From Lama guanicoe (taxonomy: Eukaryota), in NCBI GenBank assembly GCA_013239625.1, contig MU053482.1, positions 3,805,922 to 3,869,921 of the forward strand: 64,000 nucleotides of DNA. Reading direction: 5' to 3'. Position 1 is the first letter of the stretch; every line of letters starts with the position of its first letter. The notes under the pieces were generated by a model, which saw nothing but the letters and a program-made list of their open reading frames with translations, was not told the origin of the DNA and did not search any database. This document shows, one piece after another, positions 36,028 through 49,322 of the stretch. The translations under genes and the position numbers were made by a program.

Positions 36028-37759
36028 CCAAGCAAACAAATACCAACAAACACCTGGGTGAAAAAAATTACATGGCCAAGTGCAGAGATGGGGAGTGGGC
36101 CAAGATCCCCTGGAGATGGCTGCTGGTGCTATGTAACACACTTGTGTTGTGTACACAGGGGAGAGAGTGCTTGTGTGCTAGTCTCTGATGACTGCTCCCA
36201 TCCAGATGACAATGATTCATTCCATTTTCTCTTTGTCCAAAGAAAAATCTCATTCTATGCAAGCCAAGCTGTTTATGGATCTTTCTATCTATTCACCCAT
36301 TCACAGGGGACCCAGGGCACGATAAGAGCTATTCAGACCGTGGAATGTTAATTAGATGGAAAAATGTACACATCAGCTATCTCCATTTCAACTGAGAAAT
36401 CTGGCCGAGGTAAATAATTTGCTTCAATGTCATCTGTGTCAGGGTTTTGAAAGGGTGGCAATATATCACTGTGTTAGACAAAAGGCGTGGGATAAAAGGA
36501 GAAGGAACTATTCATGGCAACATTGGTTTCAGGATATTAATAAGTGCACATATTTGCTTCTCTATGGAAACATTAGATCTCTCTTCTTATTTCTTGGTTG
36601 TCATGCCCTAAGTTATTTGCTTTTCACTGCTGATGCTAAAATAGAATATAAGCGCATCTTTTGGCTCTGAAATGCACCTTTTACAACGGGCAAGTGTTGT
36701 AGTCCCCCTCTGTCTTGGCTGTGGCTCTGGGAGTCTATAATGAAGAGGAGTGACTGATAGTCAAGCGTGATATTAAATAGGCAGCAGAGGGAGAGCGCCT
36801 AACTGTCTTTACTTCGAACCTACCACTCTCCCTTCCTTCTTTCCTCTCTTCCTCTGTGGTAGAGGAGCTGACTCTGTTGCCTGGTGACCCTTCTTTGCAC
36901 GAGGAGTCATTGGTCCTGCCTTCATGCACCTTAATCCTAAGGCAGTTGAAGCCACACCTTGGCCAATAGCTTAGACACTTCTCCCATGGAAGATGACATC
37001 GCCAAGGAAGTCACAGCTGCTTCCCAAGTAGAGGAGGTGATGCAGGCTCCCTGTGGAGGGGACGGGAGAGCTTTCCAAAATTTCTGGTGGCTTACAGTGA
37101 GCAGAAGATGCTCAGGGAGGGCATACTTCATATGACCCAAATGTACATGGTGTAGGTTCCTCTCTACTCACTAGAGAGGGTGTAGAACTTCAATGACATT
37201 CCCTTTTCTAAGTCACAAATATTCTGAAAAATGGAGAACAGACACATTTCCTCATTCCACTCTGTTCTCTGATGCCCCCCCACTAATAGGAGAAATATGA
37301 GTTTATCTTGTGGACAAGAATTAGTTTGGAAGGAAGCTAACCCTTGGGTGGTGAGATGTCTCATTTTAGACATACCAGAGGAGCATCCACAGCAGCTCAG
37401 AGGAGCCTGTTTCTTCTACTTCTTGGCATCACACGTCCAGAACCTACCATCTTCCTCCCAGGGAAGTGGGTGGCCCCTGCATCTACTTGACGAAAGAGGG
37501 AGCCAGGAACCCATGTTACTTCCATCTAATTTCCAAAGCCAGGTCATCAGAGGTAATGGTTGTAAAACTGCTTTCATCCAGTGGGACCCTGACCAATATT
37601 TGTTGAATAAATGAGTGAATAAATTCTAAGGTGGTGCAAAAGTGCAGCAATATGATTACAGTTATTTATTTCATCATCAAAGCATGAAAGGGCTGGAGTT
37701 CTTTCAGACATCACCCTTCTGTTCTCTTCAGTTTCCATTCCAAAGCCAGGGAAAACTGT

Positions 37760-40110
37760 AATTTTTTAAGTTTTAATTTTTGTCAGGATTACAATGCACA
37801 CCGTTTAAAGACTCAACTAGTTCTACAAGGTTTGTTAAGGCAAAAATCAGCTTCCAGGCACCTCTCCATTTCCCCCTCCACAGAGGCAACCATGTTCATC
37901 TTCTCTATATGTCTTCTGGTCCTTATCACCTTATCTCCAACAATATACTTGTATTGCTGTTTCTTAATTTTGGGGAGTGGGTTTGTTTTAGGCATCAGTG
38001 ATTGACTTCCCATTATAAAAAAAATGTGGATTTAGCCCACTTTCTTTCTATTGTGCCACCAAACACATACACCCTTCCATCTTCCTGTCCTCTCAAACTC
38101 TCCAAAGGTTGTCCACTATTCCTTTCATTCACACCAGATATTCCATCAATTTGTCTCCTTTAAGGAGTTTTCATGGCTTCCAAACAGCTGGTGCAGGTTG
38201 CCTTCCCTGACTGGTGCTCAGCTGACATCCTAAGATCTCTCTTCACCCCTTTGGCCTCGCTCCTGCACTGGGTCTCCCGTTTCTGGCATTCCATTCTTCC
38301 TCTTTTTGGGTTTATGCTCTAATTTGGGAAAACCACATTGTCAGTAGCTTCCTGAGAAATGGGATGTGGGACACACATTTTTTGAGACCTTGCCCAACAG
38401 AACATTCTTTTCCCTCAGTGTTTTGAAGGCATGATTCTACTGCCTTCTAGCTACTGGAGTTATTTCTGAGAAGTCTGAAATCTCTAACTCCCAATTCTGT
38501 GTATGCAATCTAGTTCTTTATTTTTCCTCCTGGAAACTTGTAGCCTCTTCTCTTTGTTCCCTGCATTTTGAAATACGGCATTGATTGGTTGGTTAGGGTA
38601 CTTTTATCCATGTCTCCGGGCACTTAGTGGCCCTTTCCATCTGGAAACGCAGACTACAGAGCTGGAAAAGTGTTGCATTGGTGTCGGATTTCTGATGTTC
38701 TGTTTCTGGTATTCCTGTTACTCAGATGTTGGGACCCACTGAACTGGTTCTTTAATGATCTCAGCTTATTTTCTTCTTTTTCCATCTTTCCGGGAGATTT
38801 CCTCAGCTCTTCAACCCTCTTTTGAGTTTCTCATTTCTGCTCTCATGTTTCTAGTTTCCTGGAGCTCTCCCTTGTTCTCTGAATGCCCCACACTCGTTTT
38901 ATAGCACCCTGTTCTTGCTTTATGGATGTAAAGTATTTTTTTAAATGTCTCTGAGGATATTTGGATTATTTTTAATATTGTCTGTTTCCTTCAGGTTGCT
39001 CCCCTTTCCCTCTTGTTTCTTTTGGCCTCTATCCTTCACGCTGGAGACTTTCCTGAGGTTCCTGGTAATCCCCTGATATCAGCTCACGTTTAGGACTAAG
39101 GGGACTAAAAGCCTGGTAGCTGGTGCCTGTCAACTGGGAGCTCTTCAGTAGGGTAGCCCCACTGTGCCATTGGTTGAGGGGGAACCTCAGTATCTATTTT
39201 TACAAGTCCTTCCTCTTGAACCAGCCAGATTCTTCTTATAGGCTCTTTCACTCCCCTGCCTGGAAGGCAAAGGCCTGGTTGCTGATGCTCTGGGAGTCCA
39301 GCGTGGCAAGAAACATGGAAGCCTGAACGTTCTGGACATTGTGTTCACTTTGTTCACTGTAGTGTCAGGGTCTTCAAATGGTTCTTCTGTCCTTCACCCT
39401 CTGTTTTGTCCCCTCCAGAGAATAAGCGCTAGTCTTCTCTAGACTGGGCAAGGCAGTCGCCTGGGGCTTTTTTTTTTTTTAACCTTTTAAAACTTTATTG
39501 ATTTATCACTGGATTAAAGCACGGGATATTTATTTTAATAGTATTATACATAATATTTTTACATAGGAAACTTTACATAGCACTTCATATCATATAATTC
39601 TGCTTATTCTTTAAAAATATATACATCCATTGGGCAAGGAATGCGTTCCATTAAATTACCAATGTTAGATGCATGTAATCATCATGTATAGATTAAACAA
39701 AAGTAGCTTTTAACTAACTTTTAGGTATTTTAAGGAGGTAAAACATATATTTTGCACACAAAGAAATATTTGATGCAAATATGCATATAAAATTAAAAAA
39801 AATTAGAACACTGAGAAAAACTACGCTTTCAAGAAGTGTCTTTTTTTGAGAACAAAGCAAGCCATCTAGGGTTCTAACTGTTTCTTAAATAATTCTCAAC
39901 CAATATAACTTGTTTTACTTCCTTCTCCCATATCCCAGAGGCCTCAATTCTGTGTCTTTTACTATGGTGCTAATTCTCAGGTTTCTCTGCTGCCAATTTA
40001 CGATTTAGCTTCCTCAGCTCTGCCACGTCAGAGAGCACTCATTTAATTGCTTTCCATGCCTCCACATGTTGCTGTTGTGGTCCCTTGTCTATTTTTCCTG
40101 TCCTCGTGGT
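37760..40110 (-). mobile_element. Long ancient L1M relic
   Basis: Pyrimidine-rich + strand with cagaggcaacca, ttctactgccttctagc...gagaagtctga and similar old-L1 motifs; interrupted at 39468-39859. Confidence 0.6.
39468..39859 (-). pseudogene. 5'-truncated retrocopy of an mRNA 3'UTR, parent gene unidentified
   Basis: T13 at 39468-39480, minus-strand AATAAA at 39494-39499, AT-rich body unlike its flanks, degenerate TSD agtcgcctggggctt / agccatctagggttc. Confidence 0.7.
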
Positions 40111-40499
40111 TCTTGCTTCTCACAAGGCCTCTGGTCCTGGGCTGCCTTCCCTCTGTTCACTGACCCTGCTCTCCAGGGTCACAGCAGTGAGGTCTGGGCC
40201 AGGCCAGAGCACATAGGCTCCTCTGCACAGGGAATCGCTCCCAGTCACAGCAGAACTGTCCATAGAAGTGATCAAGAGCTACTTTGGGTGCAAAAGCCAG
40301 GAAAAAAAAAAACCCAGTGGTTAAACAGAGGAAGAAGAGAAGAAGACATCTGCCAGGGGATTGAGGGAGGCCATCTCGGAGGAGGTGGTGCTTAAACTGG
40401 GTGGTAAGCAGTTCATTTATGCTTTAGGTCAAGTGAATTCAAATTCACACATTCTTTATCTGAACAGGCATTGGATCAGAGTAGGAAGTTATTGCATTA

Positions 40500-41350
40500 T
40501 AGGGGTTAAATAGAGGGTTCCAGAAAACATCTGGATTTGAATCCTGGATCCTCAATTACTGACTGTAATTTGCTTGGACTCTATAATCTTCACCTTCCCA
40601 ATGTATAAAATGGAGTTAATAATTGTACCTTCCTACAAGGACCTACACTATAGCACAGGGAACTAGATTCAATTTCTTGTAATAACATATAAAGGAAAAC
40701 AATCTGAAAAGAAAACATATATATGTGTGTATATGTATAACTGAATTGCTTTGCTGTACACCTGAAACTAACATTGTAAATCAACTACACTTCAACAAAA
40801 AATTAAATTAAAAAAAATAATAGTGCCTTCCTTAGGAGCTGTTGGGAGGGTTAATTAAATGCAAGTGTGCATATAAAATAAGCAGAGAATCGCTGCATAG
40901 TATTTATAGACAGTGGCTCAGTACACAGACAGTGCCAGAAGTCCTGGATTTGAATCCTGGCTCTGCTACTTAGAACTGGTGTGAACTTGGGTAAGTGCCT
41001 ATGTTTTCTGTGCCTCAGTTTACTCATCTGCACACGGGGGATAATGTCTTGTGTGGATAAAATGATGTAATATGTATAAAGAATTCAACACAGTGCAGTG
41101 CCTGGGACACAGATAACAGTCCTACTTGTTAAAAGGAGTATAAAATATTAGGCACACAACCCTTGAACCAGACTGCTGGGGCCAATCCCACGTCTGCCAG
41201 TCACAGCCTGGTGGCCTTCGTTAAATTCCTTAACCTTACTTTGCCATAGTTTCCTTAACTGTAGAGTAGATATAAAACAGCACCCATTGTGTCGGCTTGT
41301 TTTCAAAATGAGTGAATATACACATAAAACAGTTAGTTCCTTTAAGTGTT
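40500..41350 (+). mobile_element. Three successive MIR copies
   Basis: Repeated ctggatttgaatcctgg...cagttt..catctg cores near 40530, 40945 and 41170. Confidence 0.75.
40635..40817 (+). mobile_element. Short LINE-1 3' end nested in a MIR
   Basis: acaaggacctac...tgctgtacacctgaaactaac...A tail; TSD aataattgtaccttcct / aataatagtgccttcct. Confidence 0.9.
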
Positions 41351-42464
41351 GGTTTATGGCTATTGTACCGATTCAGCTGTTTTCCACTCATTAGCTTTTT
41401 CCCTGGTACATTCCACTTGTGGAAGGTTCTGTCCCCAGTGTGTCTTACAGGTTACATAGCCAGGATGTCCTGGAGTCATGTATTGAACTTGGGCCCGCCT
41501 GGCTTCAAAGTCTGAGCACCTTACCTTGTCACAGGCCACTCCACCCACTTGTGGGAAAAGCGAGGAGGAAGAGTGACTTCTGTGGCCGTCTTGGAGGGGG
41601 TGTGGGTCAGCAGGTGTTGTTGCTCATACTCTGCTCTTCCTGCACCCACATTAGGAGGAGGCCTCAGAGGCACCTGCTTCTGCTAGAGGTCGGGGCTGCT
41701 GGGCCCTCCCGAGGTGATGGGGAGGGAAGCCAACTCTTCCATGGCTGTCACCTGGCAGGCCCCGGCCATGACAGGTGTGTAGCTCGGAGCCCAGACTGAT
41801 GCCACTGAGGACGGGAGGCTGCAGTCATCACTCAGTGGCCTCATCATTGGATATTCCTACACCGATAAATTACAGCCGTTTCTCTCGTCATCAGTGTAAA
41901 ACAATTCTGAAGCAGTGACTTCCCGGAGGGGCTGTGGCTGTAATCCAGTTAAGACTGAGGAAATGCCCGGTGTTGGGACGGGAAGCCCGGCTGATTGGAG
42001 CCGTGTTTCTGCACTGCTGGCCCCTGGGTATTCAGCCCTGGTGTTGTATGCAGAGATAAGCCTCCTGTCATAGTGTTATCCCTGTTAATTCTGCAGAAGT
42101 GTCCTGTTGAGATGGGCTTGGAGCCGTGCAATTTGTTATTTGGTTTCAACCTCTACTATTTTTTAATTTGACCGAAGGATACTGTAAGATGTTAAACAAC
42201 GTGGAAGTTTCGTCTTCCTTAGTTTGCAAAATGCTTAACATTCAAAGTGAAGAATAATCTTGGAAATGTGCTCTCAGGCCTCTAGCCTCTTATCTGAGCC
42301 CTGAGGTTCATTTCAGATCTGGGTAAGAAAGCCCCAGGGTGTCAAATATCTCTACCTCCCCAGATCTAATTCCCATGGAAGAAATGCTGGAAGATAGGCT
42401 GAAACTGTCCGTGTCCTAGGGCTTCTGGGGGATCCCAGAAGCGGCAGAGAGAGTATCACGTGTC

Positions 42465-42600
42465 GTTGAACCTCTCTGAGCTGAGCATCCGTTTCCTCAT
42501 CTGTAAAATGGCACTACTGCAAGGATGTATGAATTAATGCACGCACAGCACTTAGAAGAGTGCTTGGTATATAGTGTGTGCTCCATGTAAGTGTTAGCTA
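42465..42600 (+). mobile_element. MIR SINE
   Basis: gtttcctcatctgtaaaatgg core. Confidence 0.8.
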
Positions 42601-43089
42601 CAGAGGACACATTTCAGACCTCTCAGAGTTTGAGCTCCTTTTGCCCTAAGAAATATCATGGAGATGAAGATGCAAACCTTTCAAAGGTCCAAATCTCAGT
42701 CTTTTATGTTTTCCTGGCAAGATCTCCCTTCAGTCTCTGTCCTGGCAGCCCCTGCCTTCCCCAGCCTAGCTCTGCTGCTTGCTGGGAGGACCTTTTGTCT
42801 GCAGGGTCACCCGCCCAGCCACGGAGCTGGTTCTGACTCAGCTCCTCCTCTGTTTATCCAACACAAGACGAAGCACCCGTGCCAGGTGCTGGCCCCACAG
42901 GGGCAAAGGAACGAGGCCCCTGCCCTCAGGAGCTCACAACCTGCTGGGGGAGATGGCCTGGGCACAGATCACAGCCACACATTTTGATAACTGAGGTGGA
43001 TGTAGGGCTAGGGAGCTAAGGGAGAGCCAAGAAGTCACCCTGAGGTGGCAAGGGCCAGCTGTCCACCACGTGGCAAGGGGACAGATCCC

Positions 43090-43410
43090 ATCAGGGACTG
43101 ACCTTGTGACTCAACTCACACTGGGATGAGTGGAGTGAGCTGCACCACTTTGGGCCAGGGATTTGAAGAAGCAGGTGTGCCTCTTACAGCTGCTCTTACC
43201 CCTGCCATCAGCTGGGTGCAGAAGTCTCTGAGACCCCAGGGGTCATAGAGCCAAAAGACTTGCCCCTAATTTCCACATGAGGGAAAGTGGCCCACTGACC
43301 AGGGACACCTACATTAGCCTATCCTGGAATGAGAAACAAACTTTGATTGTGTTAAGTCACTTAAATTTAGGAATTTATTTGTTATCTAGGATTATCCTAA
43401 TGGACACAGA
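43090..43410 (+). mobile_element. Old MaLR LTR (MLT1I/J-like)
   Basis: atgagaaacaaactttgattgtgttaagtcacttaaatttagg...ttgtta 3' end. Confidence 0.7.
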
Positions 43411-44109
43411 TGTCTAATCCAACTGGTGCCTTCAGGGAAGGATTCCAGGAGGAAGTGGTTCTGGGTCCTCGGTGCTAGCTGGGTTTAGCTAGTGGGGTTA
43501 GGGTGTGGCAGTGCTGAGATGAGGGGTGGGTTGGGGGAAGTGCGGGAAGCTCGGAGGATATTTTAGGCAGGGAGAACAGAACAAATGAAGCATGGAGTGT
43601 GTGTGTGTGTGGTTGTGTGTGTGTGGTGTGTGGATGACAACAGGCAATTCAGTGTTGGTGGACTATCACCCATGGGGCTGAGGGCAGTAAATGAAGCTGC
43701 AGGAATTTCTTGAGGACCTTGTGCGCTAAAGAGTTTCAATGACTCCTGTAGACAATGGAATGGCTTAAGTAGGCTGTAGGACCAGATTTTTGATCTATAA
43801 AGATCATTCTCCTGGAGATGTGATGAGTAGATTGGGGAACACGAGACCAGACATAGGGATACCAGATAGCAGTTTGGACTGGTGCTGGTTAAGAGGAGGA
43901 GAGGTGGTGGCATGCCTGGGCTGGTGGTGGGAGGGACAGAAAGACTTGGAGATTGCTTTGGCTGGTGGTGGGGGAGAAGGAAGCACTAGAGATGAATCCT
44001 GGGCTTGCAAAGCCATCCATAATTTTTAACTCATACTACAAGCAGATAGGAAGAGGAAACTGGGATTAAATTTTCTGTGATAGGCAAGCCTGCATTTTTC
44101 TTTTTAAGT

Positions 44110-44335
44110 TAACCCTCTATAGCACTTACTAGGGACCACATACTTTTCTAAGTCCTCAATATATATTAACTCTTTCATCTTAATGATAACTCCCTGGAGG
44201 GGGTGGTGGTCAATGATTAGACCCATTTTACAGATGAGGAAACTGAGGCACAATCCGTTAAGAGACTTGCCTAAGCGTCAAGATTTGGACCCTGGAAGTC
44301 TTTCCCCCAGCTCATGCTCTTAGCCACTGTGCTGT
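44110..44335 (-). mobile_element. MIR SINE
   Basis: cccattttacagatgaggaaactgaggcac core. Confidence 0.88.
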
Positions 44336-46039
44336 TTCTTGTCTTGTATGTAGTACAGTGTCCCCGCCCCACCCGGTAGAGTCCTTCTCTGAACTCAAGG
44401 GCCCATGTAGAACTTCTTGGATGCTGAAGCCATCCTGGATGGGACCTGACTATTCAGGTACCCCAATCAGGACATTGAGATATGGATTTCCGGCTCTCCC
44501 ACTCCAGGCTCTGTCCTCTAGTCAGGCTCTGCCCTCAACTCCAGACTTGCTCTTCCTTAGCTTCCTTTATCACTCTCCTTAGCCCTTCCTGCTGCTGAGA
44601 CCCAGCATGAGCTGCAGACCTAGCATAAGCGGCCCATCTATTATGACACTCTTGGGATCCCCATAGCCCTGAAACACCAGGACAACTTCCCAGGCCACAG
44701 AGCCAGTCACCAGTTAAATTTGGATTCAAACTCAAGTTTATCTGGCTCCAAAACCACATCCTTTGACTATTCTCTGCAGATTCCCTTGTTACCTCCAGAG
44801 GTCTACACTCCATCCTCAGGATTCCAAGATCAAGCCCATAGAAGCCCCCATTCCTTCTGGGCCATGCAGAGTAAGACCAGGCACCCCATGGCTGCACTCC
44901 AGTCCAGACACCATCCCTGGGGACACCTCCGTTCTCCTGGCGCCAAATAGAAAGGAAGAAAGCCCAGACTGGCTGTCCAGGTGAGCCCAGCTGGCTGAGC
45001 TGTAGCTCATAGACTAATTTGTTATTAATTCCTTAGGAGCACAGAACAATCCTAATAAGATGCAAAAATCAATGGCTGAGGAAAAGACAAAGCAACCTTC
45101 TGAGCAGAATGTGAGTGGCTTTTAAAAGCCCTTGACAAACTAGCTGGTGTGCAGCCCGTAAAGTGAAGAATAAATGACTTTCTTACATTGATTCACATAT
45201 TTTTTTTTTCCCAAGCTGGGAAGAGGAGAGAGGGAATGGGCTATGCTGAAGAGCCCGGTTGGCCTCGTAATGCCAAGATAATTATTGTTCAGCTAGAAGC
45301 CTGTGATGTTTTACCTTCCAGAGGCACAGAGAGCAACTGGGAACTGAAATGGGTTTCCAAGTGATGGAGGGCCCAATAAAGGTCAATTAGCAGTAATGGC
45401 ATTGGCTGGGAAAGAAGCATCAACAACCCAGACCACAGTCAGTGCCTTCCTTCACATCTCCTTTGTGCCCAGCAATGGGGAGATACGCTGAGCTAGAGGG
45501 AGAGTGAGCCCTGCTGAGGGATGGGACCAAGCAGAAGAGGCCATGGGCACACGTGTGAGGGCCACACTGCCAGCCTGGGTCTAGGCTGCCAAGTTCAGTG
45601 CCAGGGCACACAGCAGCCATTCCTGAGACAGCGCCATGGCTCCCATTTGGCAGAACAGGCTGGGCAGGCATTCCTGCCTTGATGTTCCCACCGAGGGTCC
45701 AGGAAAATCAAGAGGGGTTGCCCGGGGCTGGGAGCCCTGGGGCCTTGGAGCAAGTTTATCTAATGGAGAGAACTTACAGCCCCTTCCAGGCCCTTTGTGA
45801 CCTGCCTGGCCGCCCTCTCACCTCTCTGTGTGGTGATTCCCTTTCTCACTCTGACACATACACTGGCCTCCCCGCTGTTTCTCCAGCATGGCGGGCACCC
45901 TCTGCTCAGAGCCTTTGCTCTGTTTCCTTTGTCCCGATTGCTCCTCACACAGATACTTCTATGGCTTGAAACTTTACCTCCCTCAAGTCTTCACCAAATA
46001 CACCTCCTCAATACAGCCTACTCCAATCGTTCTTGGGAG

Positions 46040-46355
46040 AGGTGGGTATATACCTCGGAGTAGAATTGTTAGATTATACAGCAAATCTACGTTTAATTTT
46101 TTGAGGAACTGTCAAACTGTTCTCCCCAGTGACTGCACTATTTTACATTCCCACCAGCAACGCGTGAGGCTTCTAACATCTCCACATCCTCCCCAACACT
46201 TATTTTCTATTTTATTGAGAGCAGCCATCCTAATGGGTGTCAAGTGGTGTCTCTGTGATGTTCCGATTTGCGTCTCCCTAATAACTAATCATGTTGAGCA
46301 TCTTTTCATGCTTACTGACCATAGGTCTGTCTTCTTTGGAGAAATGTCTATTCAG
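46040..46355 (-). mobile_element. LINE-1 ORF2 C-terminal fragment
   Basis: ttttttgaggaactgtcaaactgtt...ttacattcccaccagcaa...gttgagcatcttttcatg...ggagaaatgtctattcaga. Confidence 0.9.
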
Positions 46356-49322
46356 ACTGCAGCCTCCTAGTCCTCTGGGTGCAGGGTTGGGGATAGTAGG
46401 AGTGTCCCATTGTCTTCACCTTGCCTGGGGCGGCTGGGCCTGCACAGACACTGGCCAAGGGGCTGGGATCTGAGTTGGTATCTTCAGGACTGAAGCAGGA
46501 TGAGGATACTGGGTGCCTTGAGGTCTTTGGGATAAGCTAAGCTTGGCTCACAGGGGAGAGGTGAGGCTCTGATGTCACAGTCCTTGTACAAAAGCAATAC
46601 CTCCAGGGCTAGAATCGGAATGGGGGTGGGGGTAGTGATGGGGATGAGGTCAGAGAGGAGGCAGGTTAGTGATAAGTAAGGGCAGTTTTGTCCACACAGC
46701 TATCATGGGCTGGCAGGGAATGGTGTGCGCTTGGCTGGGCCGTCTGCATCCCTGGGAGGGGGCAGAGTGTCCACTTACTCTGTTGTCCTGCAGGCAGGCC
46801 AAGTCCCAGGCTGCCTACCCCCTGCACTCCACCTGTGTTTCCTGGGACCCGGGCCAATCCATAGCTCCATTCTCACACCTTCACCTCACAATCCACACTG
46901 GGTGCTGATGCCTAGCAGTGGGCGGGGCTTGTGTGTGCACACTTAAGTGTGTGTGTGGTTCTCTAGAGTGGGAGGGCTTGGGATGCGAGACAGAAAATGG
47001 GGTTTCTGGTGCACAATGTTCCACTTCGATTTGATGGGGATTTGCTGTTTGTTTCTGAGCCCAGGCCCTGAGTCCTGCTTCTTCACGGCCCAGGGGAAAG
47101 AGCACTGGACTAGGAGTCAAGACAAGAGATCTTGTTTTGGGTCTGCCTCTCACTGAGTGCGAAGGGGATTCAAAGGGAGAGGAGAGGCTCACGTATTTGA
47201 GCAGAAAGAGGCTCGCTCTCTTTCCTCTGGTTGGGAAGGGACAGGGGACCTGCTTCCTGAGTCTGTCCCTGATGAGAATCAAGGGGCCACTGTGCACCTC
47301 GCCTGTGCCCACAGAGGTACCAACAGACACCCTTTATTTAGGAATTTACAAGCTTAGCTAAGCTTACAAACAGCTTAGCTAAGAAGAGAGTCATTGCATT
47401 TCGTTTACTCAGTTATCCTCATCATAATTGTACTCACATCAACCACACACAATATGAGGCTCCACTTCAGAGAGGGCCGTGTGCTAACTGCCATCCCTGG
47501 CTCCTCAGGGTGACATTGACCTCTTTAGACACGAGCGACCCAAGCACCATCCAGTTCCCTGCAGCCTGCCTTGTCCTGACTCTGCAGATTCTGCCAGCCC
47601 ATTTCTGTTTCCTATGCCAGCTCACCACCTGCATGGCTCCACACTGGTCTTTTCCTGGTTTCAGAGCAGACGCCTCCCTCACCCAAAGCTCTCGGGCATT
47701 CCTGCTTCGGGGGATCAAACTTTAGCCTTCAAATGACCAAGTTTTCATTACTGTGTCTCTGGTTTTTCCAGCTATTCCTGGTCCTATGTGCTACTGCAGA
47801 GATGCTGTAACGAGGAAAGAGTGGAGGTTTCCTTCTTCCTGGGTCATGGGTAACGGCTGCTACAAAGTGCCAGCCTGGCGCTTGTCTGGGTCCCCGGAGC
47901 CGAGCCCAGTGGACCAGGCACCAGCATTGACTGTGGCCGATGCAGACTCCACTCCATCTTCCTGTTTTGCCAGGGTCACCCTACTGCCCCAGGGCCTGGG
48001 TAGCCGAGTCAGCTGGGAGAGCTGGATAGGAAGGTATTCCAATTTGTCTCCCTCCTCTTAGATATATCGACCACCAAGACCCAGAGACCCACCAAGGGTG
48101 GGTGTTAGGCAGAGTCCTCTGACATTAATCTGGCTTGGCCATCTTATTATTTCACTTCCTATTGTGTCACTTTCCTTTATGTCATTCCATTTTCTTTTAC
48201 GGGCTTGGTTGTTTTCGCAACCGACCTCCTGCCTGGCTCTCTGCAGTTATTCTTAATCACAGCTGCAGTCCCAGGGAGGTCCCCTACCCAGGAGTGTCTG
48301 GCAGAAAGGGGAGAGTATGTCAGGGGCTGGGGAAGCTGGTGGAAACCTTCTTTGTCTGGTTAATATTTTATTAGAGTCCATGTAGCAATGTATATAAAGC
48401 AAGTCCCATAGTGGGAAAATGCAGAATAAATTACTGCCTGCAGTTTCCTGTTTGGTACTGATTTTGTACACTGGAGACTCGAAACGGGAATGGCCTGGTA
48501 TTAGTATGCCGACATCAGGATTGAAGGTCCCACCGAACGCTCATGAATTCTACAATGTCAGAGCCACATGGAGCCTTGAGTCTGGCCAGTTGAACCCCAC
48601 ATAATATGGAAGAGCCTCAGAGACCCAGAAAGTCCTGAGGCCACATGGAAAAAAGGACATAATCTGGGTGATGATATTAGTTCAGCTTCAGCATCCTGAG
48701 GCCTAGATTTTAATAGAAAGATTAAAGTGAAAGATTGCTCTAAGGCAGCCAGGCAGTTACTACTCACTGAGAGTCCCCTTCAGAATAGAGGGCCTGCATC
48801 CCTCTATATGTGGTCCCTGAGTGTGTGTTTCTGGTTCAGCCTTGAAGCTCTTCGGAGTCTTTGATTCCTTTGGCAGCCAAAGGCAGCCTTGAGTTGCTGA
48901 GAGCTGTTATGGGAACAGAAAGTGCGCAGGGCCCAGAGAAGCCAGTTACCCAATGGGACTCTCAGTTTAGTCCTCTGGGAACAGGGCTGGAGATCCCTGA
49001 CCTGCCTCTGTCGCGTGGTGACGGATGGATGCACAAGAGCTGTGTAATGGGAAAGACCTCCCTGGCAACAAGAAAGCCAGGACCTGAGAGGGTTTAGGGT
49101 GGAAAGGAGAGACTCCCATCTAAAACAGCCAGCTCGCCTCGTGAAACCGTCTCCCCAAGTCTCGCTGTTCCCCGACACGTCACCCCCTGATCCCCAGCAC
49201 CAACACCCACGAGAGAGATACATCATGCTGCCTGACACTGTGTGTCCTTCTGTGTCTACATATTTTCTTTGTACTCTGGCCAGTGATTACATCGGATTCT
49301 TTTTTATTATACCCTATAGAGT

